DNA of 64,000 bases from the NCBI GenBank assembly GCA_002269645.1, contig NIVC01000725.1, forward strand, positions 90,213 to 154,212. Direction: 5' to 3'. A program made the position numbers and the translations under genes. The stretch's first letter is position 1. Every line of letters begins with the position of its first letter. The notes beneath the pieces are model-generated. The model was not told the origin of the DNA. It did no database searches and saw only the letters and a list, made by a program, of their open reading frames with translations. Shown here in pieces: positions 1 to 11,835 of the stretch. Origin of the DNA: Macrostomum lignano. Its lineage: Eukaryota.

Positions 1-3000
1 TCGCCGATGTGATGCCGTTTCAACACCTGCTGCTCGCTGAGCGACTCCCTGTACTGCTGCTGGAAGCGCCACAGTTCGGTGAACACGGCGAAAGCGCGGT
101 CAAAGTACGGCTGCCATTTGCGATAGCCACTGCGAGGTAGGTTCCTGTGTATTGTGGGAGTGTTTTAAAATTGCTAATGTTAGTTATCTTAGTATTATGT
201 AGCCATATATCAGATATGTTGCCATAATTTTAATAAGTTTTCCTGCACTTGTAATTATCACTATACACTCATTTTACTAACATGTCTATAGGGGAATACA
301 GTCCATACAGTCTATAGGGGAATACAGGGGAGTACATGCGCAACAGTCGGCCGAGTCGGCCGATCCGGCCGACCGATTTGGCGGCCAAACAAGGAAGTCG
401 CAAAAATGCCCACCCAAAAAATACCGAAGCAGTAGTACTAAGTAACTGACGAGGCATTTTGACTTATTAAGACAGTCATAGTTACTCCTGGCGTTTACCC
501 AAAGTAGCGTTAATTTTGCTTTACGCTACTTACGCTAGGGTTTTTTTTACATGTAAGTCGCATTTTGGCCAAAAACTACGTCGCATTTTGTTAAAACTAA
601 GTCGCATGGCCGACCGAATTTTGGAGGTTGCGCATGTATGGAGGAATATGAGGAGAGGGAGCTAAAGTTAATATATATGTTTCCACTTTCAATGCAATGG
701 GAGCTTTTAAGTAACTGGGGGTTGAGGACTCATGCAACAGAAATTTTTGACACTACCTGCGTTGCATGGAGAGGAGAAAGGCGAGATAAGGGGAGAATGA
801 GATGGGAGAGGAGAGAGAGAAGAGAAACGAGAGAGAGAACAGTCAGAAAGGATGATCAAATTAATGGGCATTAGGAGCCAAGGAATCACAGTTGCTTTCC
901 TGCAGCTGTAAAAGCCAGCAGCAAGAGGTCCCAATGCCCCATCTTTGAAATTCTCAACTAGTATCACTGGCCAGTGGCACTTTACAACCATAGCAATGAA
1001 AGTTACATGAAGTTACAGAAAACTTATTAGCTATTGAAAGTTATAAAATTTATGAATTTATATGATTTTGTGCTTTTTTGGTAAATTGTATAACTGTGTC
1101 ACATTTCTAAGTTCATAAGGCTAAGATAATTTCAGAGGTTGTGCATGTATATATTTAACTATATTTTAGTTAAATATAGGTTTTTATACAATACATGGGA
1201 TTTTAAGGTTTGGTCTTAGATTCTTAACAATATGTTTGAGATTTTTAGTAAACTGAAATATTTTTACTATATAACACAGGACCTAATAATAGTTAACATA
1301 CTTTAGACACTTAACCAAATATTTGTTAACTTTTGTATACTATTTAATTGTATGAACAATTGGTTATATATACTTTATAACAAAAACATTTAACAAATGA
1401 TAAATACCCATAATTAAGGATTACAGTTCAATAAAACTCTTAGCCTTATTTCTACTAAAAGATTATATTTGCAACACTAACAGAGCAACCAAAGCTTTTA
1501 TACCTTAGCCATTTCTGCCAACTCTACTGTCTGTGCCTCCACATTGGCTGCAGCTGCCACTATGCTAGCAGAACTGGAATGACAACAGCAGTCCCAACAA
1601 AAGAAGCAGCACTGGCATAAGATTAGACACAAGCAGAATAATAACACTATTACAAGCATGCCTAGAGAAGAAAGACAAGCAACTATCTAGGCCTAACAGC
1701 TATTAGCCTTGTCCAAATAGTTCTATAATTGACATGCCATATTGTTTAGTAGGTACCACATATTCTACATAGTACTCATAATGATAATACTTGAATAGAT
1801 AAAATTTTGGTTAAAAAATCACTATAAAACTATATAACTTTTTCTGGAAATTTTAACTATTGTGTTTACACTACTCTAATTCTAACCTCTGCAATATAAC
1901 ATGATTTATTAGTTGTGCAATGCTTCATTCCTAAGCCTTTTCTTTAGCCCTTCACCCTAATTCTTACTAGACAACTATTTTATTGCATTGCCTTTAGGAG
2001 TTAAAAATACCAATTATTTAAACTGATGTTGCACTTTAACTGCTATCTACTTATTTTGGTTTCTTTTTTCTTCCAATGTTCCTTTTGTATATATCACTCT
2101 ATATAGTGGCATAGCTAGGAATTTCAATTGGGGGGGCAGGTTAGCCTAGCTGGCCTTGCCTAATGCCATTGCCACTTTTGGCATTGCAGGTATTTATTTA
2201 GGCATCGCAAGCACTCATTTTGGTACTGCAGGTACTCACTTTGGTATCGCAAGCATTCATTTTAGCATTGCAAGCACTCAATTGCCTCATGGTTTTTGGT
2301 ACTTGCCACGCTCAACCATATCCCCCAGGCAATTGGGAGGGGGGCTGCAGTCCCCTGCCCCCCTGGCTATACCATTGACTCTACATATATATATATATAT
2401 ATATATCTATATATGGGGAAATCCAAAAATCGGGGGCAAGTTTTATGAAAATTCGTTTTTTGGCAATTTGAAAGCAATAAAGCTATAAAATAAATTTATT
2501 CAAGTTTTTAAAAAGTAAAAAAGTCTATTAAAGCACAAATTATTTTCGTATAGCTTTATTTTTAATAAAATGATTTGTTAAAACGGTAAGTTTAATTACG
2601 ACCTAAAATGAGTCTAATGAAAATGATTGAAAAGCTATAATAATGTATTTTATTAACTTTAACTATCTTATAATGTTACACTCTATAATTCTACAACATA
2701 TTTAACATTATTTTAAGGTTTTATTTGTTTATCACTTTCATTACTCTTGACAACGTGTATTTTGTAGAGTTCGTTTGCAATAAATTGTATTCAACGTAAG
2801 TTTATTATTTAAACATACAAATTCCCGTAAGGATTGGAAAATTGCATTTTACTCAGCTTCTAGTGAAGCGATTTGGAAAATTCTTTTTTTCCTGCATACA
2901 CGCCGCGATGATACATGTTTTAGTGTAATTTCATTGTTCTTCGTCGCTTAATAAGCATACAGTAAGCATCTGATTTGGAAGCCGGGTAACACATTGGAAT

Positions 3001-5594
3001 TCCCATAAGGATTGGAAAATTGCATTTTACTCAGCTTCTACTGAAGCGATTTGGAAAATTCTTTTTTTCCTGCATACACGCCGCGATGATACATGTTTTA
3101 GTGTAATTTCATTGTTCTTCGTCGCTTAATAAGCATACAGTAAGCATCTGATTTGGAAGCCGGGTAACACATTGGAATTCCCATAAGGATTGGAAAATTG
3201 CATTTTACTCAGCTTCTACTGAAGCGATTTGGAAAATTCTTTTTTTCCTGCATACACGCCGCGATGATACATGTTTTAGTGTAATTTCATTGTTCTTCGT
3301 CGCTTAATAAGCATACAGTAAGCATCTGATTTGGAAGCCGGGTAACACATTGGAATTCCCATAAGGATTGGAAAATTGCATTTTACTCAGCTTCTACTGA
3401 AGCGATTTGGAAAATTCTTTTTTTCCTGCATACACGCCGCGATGATACATGTTTTAGTGTAATTTCATTGTTCTTCGTCGCTTAATAAGCATACAGTAAG
3501 CATCTGATTTGGATGCCGGGTTCACATTTTGTGGTACCATTTTTTACCCAAAATTTTTAAGTCTAAATATAGGCATATTACAAATACTAATACTATGCAA
3601 GTTGATATTTAAATGAAAGAAAACAACTTAAAGATTATTTTGCAACAAGGAATTAGCGATATATTTACTTTTAGAAAAAGATGTTTGCTGGCAAACTTTG
3701 CACTTTATATTAGTATGAATTTTTGCGAGTTTATATGGTTTTAGAAAAACTTTGAAATCCTTAGAAATACTTCATCTTTTTGAATTGAATAAAAAGTAAA
3801 ACACAGATTACTTTCTGTTTTGTAAGTAGTAAAAAAATTAGCCTTCTCTAAGGCCTACAAGTCTTAAAATTAATTGTTTAATAATGAAAAAAAGTGAAAC
3901 AAAAAATTGCAAATCGGTCAACTCAGACTTTCAAAATGCTTTTTTGTGGTTTTTTCTTATTTATTCAACAATATAAAGCATGAAAACAATAGTTTTTATC
4001 CAGAACTATTTTCTAAAGACCTATCTATCTTTCAAAAACCTTTTTTAGATACATTACTTTCCATCGAATGTCCGCAGATTTGTTTTACCGTTTTATCCCA
4101 CGTTTTTGGATTTCGCCATATATATATATATATACAATTTTTTGCAATAATTTAACAATTAATAGAATGTTTTAATTTCTTTTTTTGAAATTTATCTTAA
4201 CTATATGTTATATTTTCAACATTTAGCTGCTTGAAAGGCCTTACTTCCCTAAAAAATGAGCAAATAAAGTAAAATATATTGACCTTAAAACAGTGAAAAT
4301 TTCAATCTAGTTTAAATATATTTCCAATCAATAAAATCATACTTAGCAATTAGCATGCTCCAGACTATGGGGAAAACCTTTAGATTTTATAAGACTATAT
4401 AATAAGATTATTAACAAAAGTTAGAAGAATTTGCTACCTTAGTTATTTGGCTCTTAAATCTAACAAAATATCATGATGATACAAATATCCTATTATTAAT
4501 AAATATATTATTTGGTTATTTTGTTATCTTATATCATAAAAAATGATTATTTAAGTTTTAACTATAAACATACATGTCCAACACTTGTCCAACCTGTCCA
4601 AAATGGACAGGTGAAATGGCCACCAGCCAAGATAAGTTGAAAATTGTAAATGTGAAAAAGGAAAAATTGGGAGAAGAAAAAAGGAGAGGAAGAGAAAAGG
4701 AAAAAAGGAAAGAAAAGAGAGAGAAGGGAAAGAGAAAAAGAAAGAAAGAGAAAAAAGTAAAAAGCAAAAAGTCATACAAAGTGAAAATTAAATTGCAATT
4801 GAGAGGAACTGGCAATCAATCAGGAGAAACTAAGTCACAAAATCTAGACAAAACTAAGTTGCACTGGACAAGTGAAATTTTAAGATTAGGCATGTATGAC
4901 TATCAAGATAGGGCAATAGTGCAGTTTCATTAGCGAAATTATTTTTTCGTTTAAATTTGAAAGTTTGAAACCAGAAAACAATAACAATGATGTTTTAAAC
5001 CATTCTAGCAACTGTCCCAGAGCTCACTGGTCACGGAACTTTAAAGCAAATGGGTGCTCTATTAATATACTTTTTTCATTAAATCTGTGCCACACTCGAA
5101 TGCTACTTGAAACACAATTTGTCTATGGAAAAAATAGTTTAAAAAATTGAAAGGGGCTCAAGTGAGGGGGGCTTGAACTGTTTCCCTTTGGATTTTGGCG
5201 CCCTGAAGAAAAAATACTGATCATCACAACGAGCCACAATTGGTGGGGTGGGGGGGGGACAAAGCTTTGGCATGCCCCCCCCACGTAGCTTTTAATGGGG
5301 GGGGGGGCATGTCCCCCCTGGTGGCGACGCGCCTGCTATAGTCTACTACAATCCCATTGCATTAAAATCAATAAATCAATAATCAATTAATCAGACTTTT
5401 CAAATTGCCTCCAATTAAATCTAAGAGCTTTTATCCTAATCAGGACCTTAATTAGACTTTGTGCTGATTATAGAATTAGACTTAGAAGACAAAAGTGGGA
5501 CAGTGCAGGCAATAACATACCCGATTTGTAGAAACTTCTCATTCGACTTCTCCTTTAGTCGAAAATACTCCTCAACAATTGTTTCATCGTCCAT
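1..5594 (-). CDS. SCAI: SCAI (suppressor of cancer cell invasion) homolog, 5' part; runs off the window start
   Basis: Exon 1 5594-5521 (MDDETIVEEYFRLKEKSNEKFLQI+GG, donor GTATGT). Exon 2 144-1 (acceptor CAG; G+NLPRSGYRKWQPYFDRAFAVFTELWRFQQQYRESLSEQQVLKRHHIG). Phases match (2+1). The peptide resembles the SCAI N-terminal motif LPQYG..WQ.YF.R.F.VYTKLWKFQQ..R..L...GLKRWQIGE. Not in the ORF track. Confidence 0.8.
335..636. mobile_element. MITE with TIR CATGCGCAAC flanked by TA; carries a 28S rDNA-like fragment
   Basis: TACATGCGCAAC at 333-344 and GTTGCGCATGTA at 627-638 are a perfect 12-bp inverted repeat including the flanking TA. Subterminal TCGGCC/GGCCGA motifs occur at both ends. Confidence 0.65.
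437..500 (-). other. Degenerate 28S rRNA fragment (helix 69-71 region, R2/I-PpoI target site), non-functional
   Basis: 52/64 ungapped identity to the reverse complement of the conserved eukaryotic LSU sequence GGGTAAACGGCGGGAGTAACTATGACTCTCTTAAGGTAGCCAAATGCCTCGTCATCTAATTAGT (recalled consensus). Confidence 0.8.
2104..2377. mobile_element. hAT-type MITE
   Basis: Imperfect 16-bp TIR (TAGTGGCATAGCTAGG / CCTGGCTATACCATTG). 8-bp TSD ACTCTATA (2096-2103) / ACTCTACA (2378-2385), one mismatch. Confidence 0.7.
2415..4117. mobile_element. Unclassified non-autonomous TIR element inserted in (TA)n
   Basis: TIR GGGGAAATCCAAAAA (2415-2429) / TTTTTGGATTTCGCC (4103-4117), 14/15 match. (TA)n runs abut both ends. 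No transposase-like ORF inside. Confidence 0.65.
2820..3525. repeat. Tandem repeat, 178-bp unit, about 4 near-identical copies
   Basis: GGATTGGAAAATTGC recurs at 2831, 3009, 3187 and 3365. Confidence 0.95.
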
Positions 5595-6624
5595 GCTGAA
5601 GTCAGCTTAGGCAAGGTCTAGGACTCTTTAGTAATTTAAAAAACAAAGATAGAATACTATACAGCACTTGTCCTTCCTTTGCTTAAAAACTACCCCGCCT
5701 ACTGATTTCTGAAGCTCGGCGATTTTAAAATTCACGCATGCAAGCCACACAAATTTGTGCCAAAATACTTTTCAAAGAAACTATTTGCGAGGTAAAAAAT
5801 AAAACAACAGTTCAATAATAACGTATGCTAGAACTATGTTTAAAGCTAGCAAGCTTTAACCTAATAATAAAAAATACAAATTTCAATTTGAATTTTTGCA
5901 GAGTTTTATCATATTTTTATATGCAATAAAATTACGGGTAGAAATAAATGTATTTGCAAATGTCAGGCCAAATAGCTCTCTGGTTGCTATACTTGATGAG
6001 CGGTACTTGCACTACGTGTAAACGTGTACAGATTGTATGTCTAAGCTAGAACATGACCATAAATGGGATTTCTTGGAGATGCATATGCGACGTAATTAAT
6101 TAAACTTCAAGTCTTCAAGAGCAAAATCATGCAAATGCAAATATACAAAACACAAAATACAAAATAAATCGCATGCTTTCAGTAAAAATGTAGTATTATT
6201 ATACATGTACACTCAGTCCACTTGTAGTCCCTGAGTACATAATAACAATATGCTATGCATCGTAGATTTACATGTACATGTAACTAAAAAGTACAGTGTA
6301 CGAAAAAAATTGCTGCTATGTTATTTATTTAAACAGTTACCCGGTCACGTCAGTAAATAAAGATGCTGCGATACACTTAAAAATAACTGCTGCTGTTACA
6401 TGTACGAATCTTTCTGAGAACAAATCTTGAACCCAGATAATTTATGCCATTAAGAGTCAACGCAAGTCATACAAAATTAGCATATTTTTGTTAATATTCT
6501 TAATAATAGAAATAATATTTTCTAAATTGCATTAACAACTTAGCGTCAGTAAGTTTGTTTATTTGATTTCTAACAAATAACATAGAAAGCAAAGAGAAAT
6601 GAAATGAACTATTGTTTTCCACAA

Positions 6625-9314
6625 TCACACCACACTTTCGTCTCTGACAGGTGTATTATTTAGCTTTGAGCGCTGTTGCTTTGCCTGCGCATCACCGGCG
6701 CTATCGCCAGCACCACTAGCGGAGTCGGCAGTCAGTGTCTGCTCTAACAGTGCCAATTCTTCTCGATCTTTCAAGGCTTGAATTATGCCGCCCAACTGCT
6801 GGCCCGGCTGGTCGATAAACACGCGCATATCGACTGGCGACAAGGTCAGTCGGCCCCGATGATCAGTGATCCGACCCTGCTGATAATTGTAGGTGCGAAT
6901 CCGGTCCGATCGATCGCGCTGGCTCTGAGCGGAATCGTAGAGGGTAAAACGTAATAACCTACTATCAGAAGTAAAAATCTAACATTAAGGGGAACAGTCT
7001 TGGATACTGTTTTGAAAATTTTTTTGAAGGCTACTCTGAGTGTTAAGTGTCTACTCTTTTACAGTAGCTTATCTGCGCAGTGTCGCTTAAATTTATTGGG
7101 GCATAATATTTTTCCGTCATCGAGGTTTGCGGTCTCAGGAGCATATGCATTGGGTTATTAATGATCAACAAGCATCCAACTTTATGTGCACAAATGAACA
7201 CAAGACGGACGAAACTCAGCCTCGGGGGGGGGGGGGGAGAGGCCCAATCTAGCTCAGCCAATGAACGAGCGGTAAGGAGAGAGAGAGAGATCAAAGTCAG
7301 GCGGACGAAACTCAGCCTAGGGGACAGGCCCATTCTCTCAGCCAATGAGCGAGCAGTAAGGAGAGAAGAAGTGAGGTCAAATTCAGACACAACGGGGCAA
7401 GAGGAAGTCAAACTGTTTATCAGCCTGGTTTGGGGCTTACCGGCGCCACCCCTTTTCTCTTTTGCTCGCTATGCACACGCACTGGATATGACGTGCAGCT
7501 TCGAATAAGATGAAGATGCTACCTAACCAGATCAATGGGTCTGGTTGTATAAAGAAAGGTTATTGCTGCAGCTTACAAGAAATACACTGCAACAAGCCCA
7601 TTCATTATAATGTTACTACTATAAAGGAGGTGTTAATTTTACTGCTGAAAAAGTAACTATTTATTGCCTAAAGCCAGCCTTCAAAACTTTTCTAAGAAAC
7701 GAAGTGTCCTAAAAGCTCACCTGCACAGCCCTGGCAGCCCGTTCCTCATCAGCCAGAGCTTCTAATCTTAAGCGAAGCACTCGCTCTCGAAGCATTCGAT
7801 TAGCAATGACCATGTTCTGGTGCTGAGTTCGTTCCACCTGACAGTCGACTCTGATGCCAGTGGGTTTGTGCAGCAATCGAACTGCTGACATGTGCTTGTT
7901 CACGCCTTGACCGCCGGGGCCAGACGATTTGTGCACCTGCGTTAGCATTGTTAGCACGGTCATGGTAAGGACAGTTGGATAGAGTAATTGCGAGTGTGAT
8001 AACCTGACTGATAGCAAGACAGCTGTCTTTCTTATCGATGGTAGCGAGAATTGGAAAGTCACACACAGAGGCCAGATTCCAATAGAGATCATTGAGACTG
8101 ATGCCTGATGGGCGAGCTGGAGAGGTCACTAACAGACCAGACTTCCTTACTACGGGAGACATTATGGAGAGAGACTAAAAGTCTAACTAACTAGCTAATT
8201 AGCTAACTAACTAACTAGCTAGCTAACTAACTAACTAGCTAACTAACTAGCTAACTAACTAGCTAACTAACTAGCTAACTAGCTAACTAACTACCTGACA
8301 AACTAACAAACTAAATGACTAGCTAGCTAACTAACTAACTAACTACGTAGCTAACTAGCTAACTAACTAGCTAGCTAGCTAGCTAACTAACTAACTACCT
8401 AACAAACTAACTAGCTAACTAACAAACTACCTAACAAACTAACTAGCTAACTAACAAACTACCTAACAAACTAACTAGCTAACTAACAAACTATCCAACA
8501 AACTAACAAACTAAATGACTAGCTAGCTAAGAAATCACTATCTAACCAACTATTTAAAAGTCACAGATCCAGAAGCGATTGACAATGGTTACTTCAGCAA
8601 TCGAATCTACCTGAATTTCAATATCCGCCGGATTCAACTCAAAATCGGCAGCCGCATCCTCGGGCTTCGGCATGACAAACACGGTGGCCGTGCTGGTGTG
8701 AATTACGTCACCAGTCTGAGGCACCCGCTGTACCCGGTGCGTGCCGGTCTCGTATTTGAGCTCGTCGAATATGCCGACTCCGTTGCTGATCTGAGAAGTG
8801 AAAGAGGCAGTGGAATCGAATATATGCAATGGAAGTGCCACAAGTAGGGAGGGGGTCATGAGCACCAGTTCGACTATACTATTTATTCACCTCTAAGGCG
8901 CCACTTCTCAGGCCGCCAATATCCGCCCTGGCCTCCTCAACAATGTCGAAATGCCAGCCTTTGTACTGAGCGTAGGCGGTGTACATGTGAAACAGCTCGG
9001 CGGCGAACAGCATGGCTTCAAGGCCGCCCACGCCCGGCTTGACTTCTAGCAGGACTGAACAGTCCGATGGAAGGGATCTGGATTGATTGCAGCGGAGCGG
9101 AGTGGAAATTCTGAGCAACTGAATAGACAGACACACAGACAGACAGACAGACACACAGACAGACAGACACACACACAGACAGACAGACAGACACACGGAC
9201 AGACAGACAGACAGACAGATACACACAGACACACACACACACACACACACACAGACAGACAGACAGACAGACGCAGAGACAGACAGACAGACAGACACAC
9301 AGACAGACAGACAC

Positions 9315-9345
<31 letters not shown>

Positions 9346-9506
9346 CACAGACAAACAGACAGACACACGGACAGACAGACAGACAGACAGATACACACAG
9401 ACACACACACAGACAGACAGACAGATACACACAGACACACACACACACACAGACAGACAGACAGACAGACGCAGAGACAGACAGACAGACAGACAGACAG
9501 ATACAC

Positions 9507-9552
<46 letters not shown>

Positions 9553-9554
9553 GC

Positions 9555-9595
<41 letters not shown>

Positions 9596-9600
9596 TACAC

Positions 9601-9650
<50 letters not shown>

Positions 9651-10166
9651 GCAGAGACAGGCGGCATGGCCCTACCTAGGCGGCAGCAGCATCTCGGCAA
9701 TCTCCACCTCCAGGCCAGCAATAGCCCGGTCCCGATCGCAATTCTCCTGTTTAGCCATGTCAACCAGTTCGCCGTCTTCGCCGTCGCCATCTTCCAAATC
9801 GCCGTCGACGCCATTCAACGAACTGATGAGCTGCCGGGTCTCCGCCGCCAGCTGGCGCAGCAGCAGCAGGTCGTCAATCTTGTCCGCCAGCGGTTTCAGC
9901 TGGCGCCATTTGGCCGAATCGGATTCGATTTTGGCGGCAGCTGGAGCTGCGCCATCCGAAGCTGCGGCAGCATTTGCAGCCTGAGCTATCCGAGCTGTCA
10001 ATGCGTCAAACTCGGCCGACAGACGGCCAATGCGAGCATCGAATTTCGGCCGTAACGAGTCCGGCAAAGAGTGCAAGCAGCGATGACAGCGGAGTGGAAT
10101 TCGACTAAGCAATAAACGCCCGCATTGGGCGCCCAGTGCAGCCGCCGCTGTTGCTGCTTTCAGCAT
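6625..10166 (-). CDS. MTRF1L: Mitochondrial class I peptide chain release factor (mtRF1a-like), ~457 aa, 5 exons
   Basis: Exons 10166-9676, 9077-8891, 8790-8611, 7936-7721 and 6924-6625 (last acceptor less certain); all GT-AG with consistent phase. Motifs: [25 protein letters not shown] (PxT), [10 protein letters not shown] (GGQ), [19 protein letters not shown]-terminus is Ala/Arg/Leu-rich like a targeting peptide. Confidence 0.92.
7206..7365. repeat. Direct repeat (period 96 bp) with CCAAT boxes in mtRF1 intron 4
   Basis: CGGACGAAACTCAGCCT at 7206 and 7302, each followed by CTCAGCCAATGA.CGAGC.GTAAGGAGAGA. Confidence 0.7.
8183..8530. repeat. (CTAA)/(CTAG) compound microsatellite in mtRF1 intron 3
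   Basis: Direct reading of the sequence. Confidence 0.9.
9124..9658. repeat. (CAGA)n/(CA)n microsatellite filling mtRF1 intron 1
   Basis: Direct reading; it produces the spurious SVCL/QTDR ORFs. Confidence 0.95.
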
Positions 10167-10445
10167 CGTTGGCTATGAAAAGTAATTATTTGGCACTGGA
10201 AAACAATAGGGAATTGTTGCGTGGTGACAAGTCATTGGGTATATTCTATATTTGCTTAAATCTTATTTGAAAAAAAAATACAGCTATATTTTTACTATAA
10301 GTAGAGTACTTAGCAAAACCTAAATATTATTAATTTTTGCGTGCAATATTCTGTTATTTTTACTGTTAGTAGAGTATAAAGAAAATGCAAGTTAAAACTA
10401 AATTGTATTTGGAGAATATTTTTATTCATCGCATTTTGTTAGTGA

Positions 10446-10959
10446 CAGTGGTGTGATTGGAAACTTTGCCAAATTTCGCGCCGACTGAAAATTTTCGCGC
10501 CATGCCAATAATATTCTACTGACAGCCAAATAAGTCAATTGATGACACTTTTGAAGATGCGTCTGGCTACCAATTAGCATGTCTCTTAAGTCACAGCCGT
10601 GTTCCCCCTGAACTTCTTGTTGGCGATGTCTGCAGACAGACGACTGCTCGTGCTGGTGATTGACGACGTTGACAGCAGCTCAACAGCCTTGCGCTTTAAG
10701 ACGAGCTCAGCTAGCTTCCCTGCCTTCTTCTGTTTCTTCTTCTGCACATTCTGCTGCTGACGCCTGAGATTGAACTCAGTTTGTTAGATTAATCTCCTAA
10801 GCTATGACATTCTTGTATTTCATACTGTCTGACAAGAGAATAAGTGTAAAAAGCAGAAAATAAGAATGCAATTTTCGCGCCCATGGTTTCACAAAATTTC
10901 GCGCCAGACCCCCAGGATTCGCGCATTCGCGCCATTTTCGCGCCTGAATCACACCACTG
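10446..10959. mobile_element. Non-autonomous hAT element (514 bp)
   Basis: Perfect 13-bp TIR CAGTGGTGTGATT / AATCACACCACTG. Perfect 8-bp TSD GTTAGTGA (10438-10445, 10960-10967). Subterminal TTCGCGCC repeats at both ends. Confidence 0.9.
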
Positions 10960-11835
10960 GTTAGTGACTATCAAAGCGACTTACTCATGTTCAGACATGC
11001 TGTACACACATCATTAGTTAGCTTTAAAGGGGGTCGCCTATCTACAGAGTTCATTGTCCCTGTTACAAACCTAAAAAATAAAAGTGCTACAGAAAATATA
11101 ACTCAAAATTAGGGGACTTCCATTTTATATTTATTTTCGGGAAAACAGTTATTTTCAAAGTTATTTTATCTCTGAGTATTATTAATTTAGAAAAAAAGTT
11201 GTTTAAAAATGATTTAAGATAATAGAAAGTAACTTAAAGTTATCAAGGGCAAGTTGTTTCTATATTTAAATTATAAAAATCCAATAAAACTTTATGAGTC
11301 TCAAGAGTCTAACAAAAAACAATGACCTAAGAATTCAAAAATCTTTCTTTTGATTGACATTACTACGAGTAATATATAGCATTTTCCAAGCTAATGGAGC
11401 CAGACAGCAAGCAGTTTAATCCTCAGCGGAAGTGTCAAGCTACCAAAGACTGGATTCTTATAGTCTATGGCCCAAACGAGGGTCTCCGCAGCTCAATTGG
11501 CTGGGAAGCTGCTATAGTTGGATTTAAAAACAATTTTTAGCAAGGAAGAAGATAAAAAAGGAAAACCTGCATTAAAAAACGGTTGCATGTAAGGTATTGT
11601 AGTAAAGTATAAGGAATTGACATGTCAAATTTAAAGAAACATTTACGATCAGAAATCAATAAAAATTATGAGAAAAGAAACACATTAGTCTTACACTATA
11701 TAAATAAAAGAAAATAAAATCATAAATGTAGGCTCACAATAATATCTACTAAATAATCTTTGCTAAAACTGTAGTATTGTACAACTGCTTGTCAGAGTTA
11801 TAAAATGTTAACAGTAAATATTGTTATTATTACTG

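Noticed and set aside
1421-1441. 21-nt near-identity with 48831-48851 (TTACA[G/A]TTCAATAAAACTCTT), near both rDNA-bearing MITEs
   Set aside because: AT-rich and short, with no extended flanking similarity; cannot be interpreted without a genome search.
2900-2975. C/D-box snoRNA-like motifs (GATGA...CTGA) in the 178-bp unit
   Set aside because: Box C is imperfect, there is no terminal stem or recognisable guide, and the unit lies inside a TIR element.
4574-4933. 119-aa Lys/Arg/Glu-rich ORF
   Set aside because: Low-complexity purine run antisense within the SCAI intron; no family similarity.
5230-5335. MITE-like right end (GGTGGCGACGCGCCTG) with G/C runs
   Set aside because: No matching left TIR or TSD found.
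8879-9814. Long SVCL/QTDR ORFs (also 18002-18676, 22037-23557, 35140-35668, 38150-38419)
   Set aside because: Translations of microsatellites inside introns; only the exon parts listed are coding.
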